Shown: in pieces, positions 1 through 7,800 of the stretch
How the letters are laid out: each line of letters opens with the position of its first letter
How positions within the stretch are numbered: the stretch's first letter is position 1
Source: Armatimonadota bacterium
GTDB taxonomy: Bacteria; Armatimonadota; SYMT01
NCBI GenBank assembly: GCA_046292385.1
Contig: JBKBRF010000076.1
Coordinates: 1 to 18,895 of the forward strand
Direction: 5' to 3'
DNA: 18,895 nt
Notes under the pieces: model-generated
Told to the model about the DNA's origin: nothing
Seen by the model: only the letters and a program-made list of their open reading frames with translations
Database searches by the model: none
Translations under genes and position numbers: made by a program

Positions 1-51
1 GAGCCGCTTCCAGCGTGCGGACCTCCGGCCCTGATTCCGGCTGTAAAGCGA

Positions 52-76
52 GTACCCGCCCTGCAGCCGGCAAAAC
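52..76 (-). promoter_or_regulatory. Putative SigB/SigF-type promoter (GTTTTG-N13-GGGTAC) firing off the left edge
   Basis: Minus-strand motif resembles the general-stress sigma consensus GTTT-N~15-17-GGGTA. Two similar motifs lie at 4713-4738 and 10905-10930. Confidence 0.4.
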
Positions 77-127
77 ATACTCTGCGCCCCGGGGCGCACC
101 AACTTTACAGCGTGTGACACTCGCCAC

Positions 128-204
128 CGCACTCCACAGGCTGCACCGGGGCCGTCTCCCCTTCGAACCGAGGGACTCCCTCCCGGTCCAGCTTGTGGAG
201 TGCG
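128..204. repeat. REP-like inverted repeat / long hairpin
   Basis: CGCACTCCACAGGCTG (128-143) pairs with CAGCTTGTGGAGTGCG (189-204), 15/16. Inner ACCGGG/CCCGGT also pairs. The TGGAGTGCG core recurs at 13466-13474. Confidence 0.55.
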
Positions 205-389
205 AATGCTTGCCCCAGTACCGGGGGGGGGACCGTTCCGGGTGGGGAGGGCGCGGAGTGGACCCTCGGCACGCTGCGGATCGCGACTAACCAGGCATTC
301 TCCCGCCGCCCTGGGTTTGGCTGCGGCGATAGCCGCGCTGTGTTCCCTCTGTTGGTTCTTCTGTGTCTGTCTGCGTCGAAAAACGCGGC

Positions 390-3233
390 TCAGGAGAGGC
401 TGCCGGTGCCGAGGAGGCGCTGGAGCTCGGCGGGGTCGACCGGCTTGGTGAGGTGGAGGTCGAAGCCGGCCTCGGCGGAGCGGTGGCGGTCTTCCGCCTG
501 CCCGTAGCCGGTGAGCGCCACCAGGAGCATCTCTCCATTCTTTGCGGAGGTCTTCTTCTTCCCCCCGTTCTGATGAAGCTGGCGCAGCCGGCGGGCCACC
601 TCGTACCCGTCCATCCCCGGCAGACCGATGTCGAGCAGCACGACCTGCGGGCGATAGCGCGCCGCCATCTCGATCCCCGTCACGCCGTTGTGCGCCACTT
701 CCACCTCGTGGCCCCACAGCTCCAGCATCTCGACCAGCGTCTCGGCCGCGTCGGTGTTGTCTTCCACCAGGAGGACGCGGCGCCCGCCTTCCCCGCCGGC
801 GATGGTGACCCGCGGCGCGCAGTCTTCGCCAGACTGGGGATTACTCACGATGACCGGCAGGCGGACCACGAACTCACTGCCGGTGCCGGGGCCCTGGCTG
901 GTGGCGTGGATCGTCCCGCCGTGAAGCTGGATCAGGTTTCGCACCAGGGCCAGGCCGATGCCGAGGCCCCCCTCGGAGCGGTCCAACGAGCGCTCGGACT
1001 GGGTGAACAGCTCGAAGATCCGGGGAAGCAGCTCCGGGTGCATGCCGATGCCGGTATCCCGGACCCGGACCTCCGCCCACTCCTGGTCGCCCTCCGGAAT
1101 GGTGCGGACGGCAAGCCAGATGGTGCCGCCCGGCTCCGTGTACTTGGCGGCGTTGTTCAGCAGGTTCGCCAGGATCTGCTCCAGCCGCGTCGGGTCCGCT
1201 TCCAGGCAGATCGGGCTCTCCGGCAGCTCTACGTGCAGCTCGTGCTGGCGGCCGTCGATCAGCGGCCCGGTCGTCTCCACCGCGCGCTGCACCACCGCCA
1301 CGAGGTCGAGCGGCTCCTTCCGCAGCTCGATCTTGCCGCGGGTGATGCGGGAGATGTCGAGTAGGTCGTCCACCAGCCGCGCGAGGTGCTTGGTCTGGCG
1401 GCTGATGATCTCGCGGAGACGGGAGACCCGGTCGTTGCCGGAGCTCACCTCATCCAGCACGTAATCGGCGTTGGAGATCGCGGCGAGCGGATTGCGCAGC
1501 TCGTGGGCCAGCATCGCCAGGAACTCGTCTTTGCGGCGGGCAGAATCCTCCAGCTCGCTGAAGAGGCGCGCGTTGTCGAGCGCTGCCGCGGCGCGCCGCG
1601 CCAGGTCTTCCGCCAGCCGCAGCTCCAGGTGGCCGTACTTCCGCCGCGACTCCGCGGTGCCGATGCTGATGACGCCGACCGGGTTCCCCCGCGCGATGAG
1701 CGGCACCACCATGTAGGAGCAGGGGGCGAGCTCCGTCATCAGGCGCAGGTGCTCCGCATCGCGAGAGGAGTGGGCCAGCCACTCTTCGTCCACTTCTTCG
1801 ATCAACTCGGACTGCCCGCTAAGCAGCACGCGCGAGGCCGGCTGGGAGCCCTCCAGCGTGGGGCTGTAGTGCTCAAGCTGCTGCATCAGGCCGTCGCGCG
1901 CGGGGTCGGCGTGCACCGCGGCGACGCGCCGGATCTCGCCGTCGTCCGCGGCGATGTCGATGATGCAGAAGTCGCCCAGCGACGGCACCACCAGCCGCGC
2001 GACCCGCTCCATCGTGGTGCGGTAGTCGAGCGAGCCGGCCAGGATCGCGCTTGCCTCGCCCAGGAAGGCGAGGCGCTGCTGCGCCGCCTCCGCTTCGGCG
2101 CGGGCGGCCTGCTCCCGCTCCAGCACGCGCGCCCGCTCGTCTTCGATGCGCCGCCGCTCGGCAATCTCGGACTGCAGCTCCCGGTTCGCGCGCGCGAGCT
2201 CCGCGGTCCGCTCGGCGACCCGGCGCTCCAGATCATCGTTCAGCTTCCGGACCTGCCCCTCCGCTTCCAGGCGCCGGCGGTCGTTCCGGTGTGCTTCGAT
2301 GATGGTGGCACAGGTGCTCTGCAGCGGCTCCAGTCGCTCCACCAGCTCCGGGTGGAAGCCGTCCGGGTGATTCCCGAAGCCGATCATGCCGACCAGCTGC
2401 TCCCCGCGCATCAGCGGCAGCGCCAGGAGGTTCTGAAGCTCGCCCCCGGCGGGCGCGCGGCGGGCGCCGGGCACCTTTCGGGCCTCGTTCACCACCAGCG
2501 GCGCCCGAGAGCCGGCAAGCTTCCGGAAGATGGCGTTGAAGTCGCAGCGCGGCGCGCCGGCTGGCTCGCCGCCGCGCTCCTCGCCCTCTTCCAGTCCCAG
2601 CTCCGCGTGCTGGATCAGCACGGTCCGGCGCCCCCGCTGCTGCGCCGTCTCGACGACGAAGCCGTACTCGCTGCCGGTGAGCGACTGCACGTTGGCCAGC
2701 AGCTGCTGGAAGGCGTGCGACGGATCGGCGCCGGCGATGTAGCCGACCAGTGCCCCGCTGATCGCCTCCAGCAGCGCGTTGGAGCGGTCCAGCTTCGTCT
2801 CGGCGGCTCGGCGCTGCTCGATCTCGAGCTGGAGCTCTTTCGTCTTCTTGGCGAGGTCGACGAAGGCGGTCACCTTCGCCCGCAGCACCTCCGGGACGAA
2901 CGGCTTGAAGACGTAGTCGACCGCGCCTACCTCGTAGCCCCTGGCTACGTGACTCTCGCTCTTGTTGATGGCGGTGAGAAAGACGATCGGCGTGTGCTGC
3001 GACCGTTCCCGCTCGCGGATCAGACGCGCCGTCTCGAACCCATCCATGCCGGGCATCTGCACGTCGAGCAGGATCACCGCGAAGTCGTCTTCCAGCAGAC
3101 GACGGAGCGCCTCCGTCCCGGAGCTCGCCTTGACGAGGTTCTGCCCGAGGTCACTCAGCACCGACTCGAGAGCCACCAGGTTCTCGGGCCGGTCATCCAC
3201 CATCAGGATGTTGACCGGCTGATCAGACTGCAT
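390..3233 (-). CDS. Cytoplasmic hybrid sensor histidine kinase/response regulator (REC-coiled coil-GAF-coiled coil-GAF-HisKA-HATPase-REC), 947 aa
   Basis: N-terminal receiver (ILMVDD, ILLDVQMP, FLTA, KPF). H-box EFLAMLAHELRNPL, N-box NLLNNAAKYT, G1 DTGIG, G2 GGLGIGL. C-terminal receiver (LVEDN, LLDIGLP, ALTG, KPV). No obvious TM helix. Confidence 0.95.
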   Translation of the reverse strand: MQSDQPVNILMVDDRPENLVALESVLSDLGQNLVKASSGTEALRRLLEDDFAVILLDVQMPGMDGFETARLIRERERSQHTPIVFLTAINKSESHVARGYEVGAVDYVFKPFVPEVLRAKVTAFVDLAKKTKELQLEIEQRRAAETKLDRSNALLEAISGALVGYIAGADPSHAFQQLLANVQSLTGSEYGFVVETAQQRGRRTVLIQHAELGLEEGEERGGEPAGAPRCDFNAIFRKLAGSRAPLVVNEARKVPGARRAPAGGELQNLLALPLMRGEQLVGMIGFGNHPDGFHPELVERLEPLQSTCATIIEAHRNDRRRLEAEGQVRKLNDDLERRVAERTAELARANRELQSEIAERRRIEDERARVLEREQAARAEAEAAQQRLAFLGEASAILAGSLDYRTTMERVARLVVPSLGDFCIIDIAADDGEIRRVAAVHADPARDGLMQQLEHYSPTLEGSQPASRVLLSGQSELIEEVDEEWLAHSSRDAEHLRLMTELAPCSYMVVPLIARGNPVGVISIGTAESRRKYGHLELRLAEDLARRAAAALDNARLFSELEDSARRKDEFLAMLAHELRNPLAAISNADYVLDEVSSGNDRVSRLREIISRQTKHLARLVDDLLDISRITRGKIELRKEPLDLVAVVQRAVETTGPLIDGRQHELHVELPESPICLEADPTRLEQILANLLNNAAKYTEPGGTIWLAVRTIPEGDQEWAEVRVRDTGIGMHPELLPRIFELFTQSERSLDRSEGGLGIGLALVRNLIQLHGGTIHATSQGPGTGSEFVVRLPVIVSNPQSGEDCAPRVTIAGGEGGRRVLLVEDNTDAAETLVEMLELWGHEVEVAHNGVTGIEMAARYRPQVVLLDIGLPGMDGYEVARRLRQLHQNGGKKKTSAKNGEMLLVALTGYGQAEDRHRSAEAGFDLHLTKPVDPAELQRLLGTGSLS

Positions 3234-3810
3234 CGTTATCGTTTCGCTCGGCGGAGCAGAGTTGTACCAGGGCGGGCGCGATCTCGCAGAGGGCCAGCAC
3301 CCGATCCGGTTGGGTCAACTTCAGGGCGGAGGCGGGCATCACGCCGCACTCCGCATCCGCGGGGTCCTGTACCAGCAGCGTGCCGCCTCGGCGCTTGATG
3401 CGGGCGGCGCCGCGGGCACCGTCCTCGTTCGCGCCGGTAAGGAGCACGCCCAGCACGCGGCTCCCGTACGCGTCCGACGCGGTTTCAAAGAGCACGTCGA
3501 TCGCCGGGCGCGCGTGGTTCACGCGGCCCTCCGTTGAAAGCGCAAAGCTCCCGGGTTCCACAAGTAGATGATAGTCGGGCGGCGCGAGATATACCCGTCC
3601 CGGCTGGATCTCGTCTTTGTCATCCGGCTCCACCACCCGCAGGCGGGTCCGCCGCTGCAGGAGCTGGCGCAGCAGCACTCCGGCGTTCGTAGCCCGATGC
3701 TGCACGATTGCCAGGGGCACCTGGAAGTCGTCCGGCAGGCCGTCGACGATCGTCTCCAGCGCCCGAAGCCCGCCCAGAGAGGTTCCGATTACGATGAGAT
3801 CGAAGGCCAT
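3223..3810 (-). CDS. cheB: CheB-type protein-glutamate methylesterase, catalytic domain only (no receiver), 195 aa
   Basis: Ser-His-Asp triad motifs GTSLGG, VQHR and LTGANEDG, plus RPAIDVLF. Overlaps the downstream kinase start by 11 bp. Confidence 0.93.
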   Translation of the reverse strand: MAFDLIVIGTSLGGLRALETIVDGLPDDFQVPLAIVQHRATNAGVLLRQLLQRRTRLRVVEPDDKDEIQPGRVYLAPPDYHLLVEPGSFALSTEGRVNHARPAIDVLFETASDAYGSRVLGVLLTGANEDGARGAARIKRRGGTLLVQDPADAECGVMPASALKLTQPDRVLALCEIAPALVQLCSAERNDNDAV

Positions 3811-4647
3811 CTACCGAATCCGGCGGTACAGCCTCGACCCGCTCTCGATTTGCTGGAAATCTTGCTCGTGCGGTGTGAACTGCAGTGTTTCTTTGCTCCC
3901 CAGCCCCAGGATGCCCCACATCGCCAGGCTATCGTAGAGCAGGTTGTGGACCCTAAGTTGCAGCGACTTCTTGAAATAGATCAGCACGTTCCGGCAGAGG
4001 ATCATGTTGAACTCGTTGAAGGAGCGATCCGTCGCGAGGTTGTGCTGGGAAAAGACGACGTTACTCCGCAGCGAGGACCGGAAGATCGCGTTGCCGTATC
4101 CCGCGGTGTAGTAGCTCGAGAAGCTCTCCTTGCCGCCCGCCTGCCGGTAGTTCGTCGCGTACTCCTGCATGCACTCCAGCGGGAAGATCCCCTCTCGCGC
4201 CCGCTGCAGCACTGCCTCGTTCATGTCGGTTGCGTAGATCCGGCACCGGTCGTAAAGGCCTTCCTCCTGCAAGAGGATCGCCATGGAGTAGACCTCTTCG
4301 CCGGTGGAGCAGCCCGCGTGCCAGATCCGCAGAAACGGGTAGGTCCGCAGGGTCGGCACGATCGTCTCCCGGATGAGCCGGAAGAACTCCGGGTCCCGGA
4401 ACATCGAAGTGACGCTCACCGACACCTTGATCAGGAACCGCTCCATGCAGGCCCGGTCGTGCAGCAGGCACTCCTGCAGCCGCGAGACGGTCGAAATCCG
4501 CTCCACGGTCATGAACGCGGCGATCCGGCGCTTCAGGGATGCCGAGGCATACTCTCGAAAATCATAGCCGTAGTGCTGGTAAACCGACTCCAGGAGCAAC
4601 TGGATCTCCAGGTTCTCCAGCTCACTATGGAGCATCGGCGCACTCAT
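3811..4647 (-). CDS. cheR: CheR-type protein-glutamate O-methyltransferase, 278 aa
   Basis: Motifs VTSMFRDP, IWHAGCSTGEEVYS, IYATD and ILCRNVLIYF. Its stop codon directly abuts the cheB ATG. Confidence 0.95.
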   Translation of the reverse strand: MSAPMLHSELENLEIQLLLESVYQHYGYDFREYASASLKRRIAAFMTVERISTVSRLQECLLHDRACMERFLIKVSVSVTSMFRDPEFFRLIRETIVPTLRTYPFLRIWHAGCSTGEEVYSMAILLQEEGLYDRCRIYATDMNEAVLQRAREGIFPLECMQEYATNYRQAGGKESFSSYYTAGYGNAIFRSSLRSNVVFSQHNLATDRSFNEFNMILCRNVLIYFKKSLQLRVHNLLYDSLAMWGILGLGSKETLQFTPHEQDFQQIESGSRLYRRIR

Positions 4648-4712
4648 CCGTCGCTCCAGGTTGCCTCACCGCCACAGGGGTCACTCCAGTCCGAAGGTCG
4701 TCAGTCACAGTT

Positions 4713-4738
4713 CTACCCCGGGCGGACGCGCCTGAAAT
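4713..4738 (-). promoter_or_regulatory. Putative internal SigB/SigF-type promoter for cheR-cheB-kinase (ATTTCA-N14-GGGTAG)
   Basis: Shares TTTC-N15-GGGTAGA with the motif at 10905-10930. Lies about 65 bp upstream of cheR, just after a strong hairpin. Confidence 0.4.
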
Positions 4739-4754
4739 CCTCCTTGTAAGCGCC

Positions 4755-4785
4755 CCCCGGCCTCCGAGGCGATCGAAGGCCGGGG
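4755..4785 (-). terminator. GC-rich hairpin after the poly-HAMP kinase (terminator or mRNA-stabilising element)
   Basis: Minus-strand RNA CCCCGGCCUUCGA-UCGCC-UCGGAGGCCGGGG forms a 13-bp stem with one G-U. There is no clear U-tract. Confidence 0.5.
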
Positions 4786-4825
4786 CGGTTGCTTTACGCA
4801 GGGGCGGGTGGGGCCGGCAGCCTGG

Positions 4826-7800
4826 CTACCGATAGAGCCACACCCGCATGAGAGAGAGCAGCTGCTCCGTATCGACCGGCTTGGCGATGTAGTCGGAGGC
4901 GCCCGCTTCGATGCACTTCTCGCGGTCGCCCCGCATCGCCTTGGCGGTCAGCGCGATGATCGGCAGGTTCCGGAACTTCGAGTCCTCGCGGATCGCCCGC
5001 ATCGTCTCGAAGCCGTCCATCTCCGGCATCATCACGTCCATCAGCACGAGATCGATGTCCGGGTTCTCCTGCAGCATCCGGATGCCGTCCTTCCCCGTCT
5101 CCGCGAAGAGCGTCTGCATCTGGTGCCGCTCCAGCAGGCTGGTCAGCGCGAAGATGTTCCGGATGTCGTCGTCGACGATCAGCACCTTCTTATCGGTCAG
5201 CACCGGGTCGGTGAGCCGCACCTGCTCCAGGATCTGCCGCTGCGGTGCCGGCAGGTTCGCCTGCACCCGGTGCAGGAATAGCGTCGTCTCGTCCAGCAGC
5301 CGCTCCGGGGAGCGGACGTCCTTCACGATGATCGTGTCGGCGAGCCGCCGGAGCTCGGTCTCTTGCTTCCGGGTCAGCTCCTTCCCGGTGTAGATGATGA
5401 TCGGCAGCTCCTGGTGGTCCGACTCCTTGCGGATCTTCTCCACGAGCTGGCCGCCCGTCATGTCCGGCAGCCCCAGATCGAGCACCATGCAGTCGAACCG
5501 CTCCGACTTGAGGGCTTCCAGCGCTTCCTCACCGCTCGCAACCGCCACGGTAGAGACGTCGCCGTTGCCGATCAGCTCCACGATGCTCTTCCGCTGCGCC
5601 TCGTCGTCTTCCACCACCAGCAGGCGCTTCTGCTTCCGGTCCACGAAGCCGCGGATGTTGGCGAGCGCCGCCTCCAGGGCTTCCGGGGTCACCGGCTTGG
5701 AGAGACAGGCGATCGCCCCCTGCTTGAGACCGCGCCGCAGCTCGTCCTGTCCGGAGATGATGTGGACCGGGATGTGGCGCGTCTCCGGATCGTGCTTGAG
5801 CCGGTCGAGCACGGCCCAGCCGTCCATGTCCGGCAGGCCGATGTCGAGCGTGATCGCGTCCGGCCGGAACCGCCGCGCCAGGGTCATCACCGCCTCACCA
5901 GAGGGGGAGACGACTCCCTTGAAGCCGCGCTCCCGCGCCAGGTCGAGCAGGATCTTGGCGAAGGCGGGATCGTCCTCCACGATCAGCAGCACCTGGTCGC
6001 CGGTGCGGATCTCGCCCCGGTCGTCGGTGAACTCGCTCGCGGTGGGAAGCAGCTCCGACTCTTCCGGCCGCATCGGCGTCCGGACCGGCGCGCCTCCCAG
6101 GTTGAACGAGCTGCCGCCGTCCCCTTCGAACCCGCTTTCCGTGCCCGGGCCGCGCTCCGGAGTCTCCTGCGGCTCCATAGGGACCGTGAAGTTCTCCGGG
6201 AGGTAGAAGGTGAAGGTGCTTCCCTGGCCCGGCACGCTCTGGAGCCGGATCTCGCCGCCGAGCAGCTTGGCGATCTCGCGGCTGATCGAGAGGCCGAGGC
6301 CGGTACCGCCGTACTTGCGGCTGGTGGTGCCGTCCGCCTGCTGGAACGCCTCGAAGATCATCCGCTGGCGGTGCGGCGGGATCCCGATCCCGGTGTCGAT
6401 CACGGAGAACGCGATCACCCGCTCCGCCTGGTTCAGGATGCTGTGGTCCCGGCTCCAGCCGCTCTCCGCGGTCTCGACCGAGAGCTTGACCGCCCCCTTC
6501 TCCGTGAACTTGAAGGCGTTGGAGAGGAGGTTCCGGAGCACCTGCTGCAGGCGCTGGGCGTCGGTGCGGATCGAGTCCGGCACGCCCTCCTTCAGCTCGA
6601 TGTCGAAGTCGAGCCCCTTGTCCTGCGCCACCTCGCGGAAGTTGCGCTCCACGTAGTCCCGCAGCTCCCCGAGGCGGACGTGCGACACGTGGAGCTGCAT
6701 GGTGCCCGACTCGATCTTCGCCAGGTCGAGGATCTCGTTGATCAGCGCCAGCAGGTCGTTGCCGGAGGAGTGGATGGTGCTCGCATACTCCTGCTGCTTG
6801 CCGGTCAGGTTGCCGTCCTTGTTCTCCGCCAGCAGGCGGGAGAGGATCAGCATGGAGTTGAGCGGGGTCCGGAGCTCGTGCGACATGTTGGCGAGGAACT
6901 CGGACTTGTACTTGGAGGTGAGGGCGAGCTGCTCCGCCTTCTCCTCCAGCTCCTGCCGCGCCAGCTCGATCTGCCGGTTCTTCCGCTCGACTTCCCGGTT
7001 CTGCTCCGCCAGGAGCTGCGCCTTTTCTTCCAGCTCCTCGTTGGTCTGCTGCAGCTCTTCCTGCTGCTGCTTCAGCAGCTCCTCCGAGGCCTGCAGCGTG
7101 CGGGCCTGCTGCTCGAGCTGGCGGTTGGTCTCCTGCAGCTCGTCCTGCTGCTTCTGCAGCTCCGTCGCCAGCGACTGCGACTGCTTGAGCAGCTCTTCCG
7201 TCCGCATGTTCGCCTGGATCGTGTTGAGCACGATCCCGGTGCTTTCGGTGAGCTGCTCCAGGAAGCTCAGGTGGATCGGGCTGAACTGCTGGAACGAGGC
7301 CAGCTCGATCACCGCCAGCACCTCCCCTTCGGAGATGACCGGCAGCACCACGATGCTCCGCGGCGTCGCCTCGCCGAGGCCGGAGCTGATCTTCACGTAG
7401 TCCTCGGGGACGTCGGTGACCAGGATCGCCTGCTGCTCCAGCACCGCCTGTCCCACCAGCCCCTCACCCGGCTCGAAGGTGTTGGAGAGCCGCTTCCGCT
7501 CCCGGTAGCCGTAGCTCGCCAGGAGCCGCATCACCGGCTGGTCGGCCGCCTGGTCCCGCAGGAAGAAGACGCCGTGCTGCGCGGAGACCAGCGGCGCCAG
7601 CTCCGACAGGATGAGCCGGGACACCGTGAGGAGGTCGCGCTGGCCCTGCAGCATGCGGGTGAAGCGCGCCACGTTCGTCTTGAGCCAGTCCTGCTCCGTG
7701 TTGATCCGCGTGGTATCCCGGAGGTTGCGGATCATCTCGTTGATGTTGTCTTTGAGCGCGGCCATCTCGCCCGCCGCTTCCAGCGTAATGGAGCGGGAGA

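Noticed and set aside
1..389. Short ORFs at the left edge (15-290, 193-507, 200-451)
   Set aside because: No RBS or motif support and an Arg/Pro/Gly-rich shadow composition. The region looks intergenic, with hairpins.
3223..4647. Chemotaxis operon
   Set aside because: No cheA, cheW, cheY or MCP in the cluster, and CheB lacks a receiver domain.
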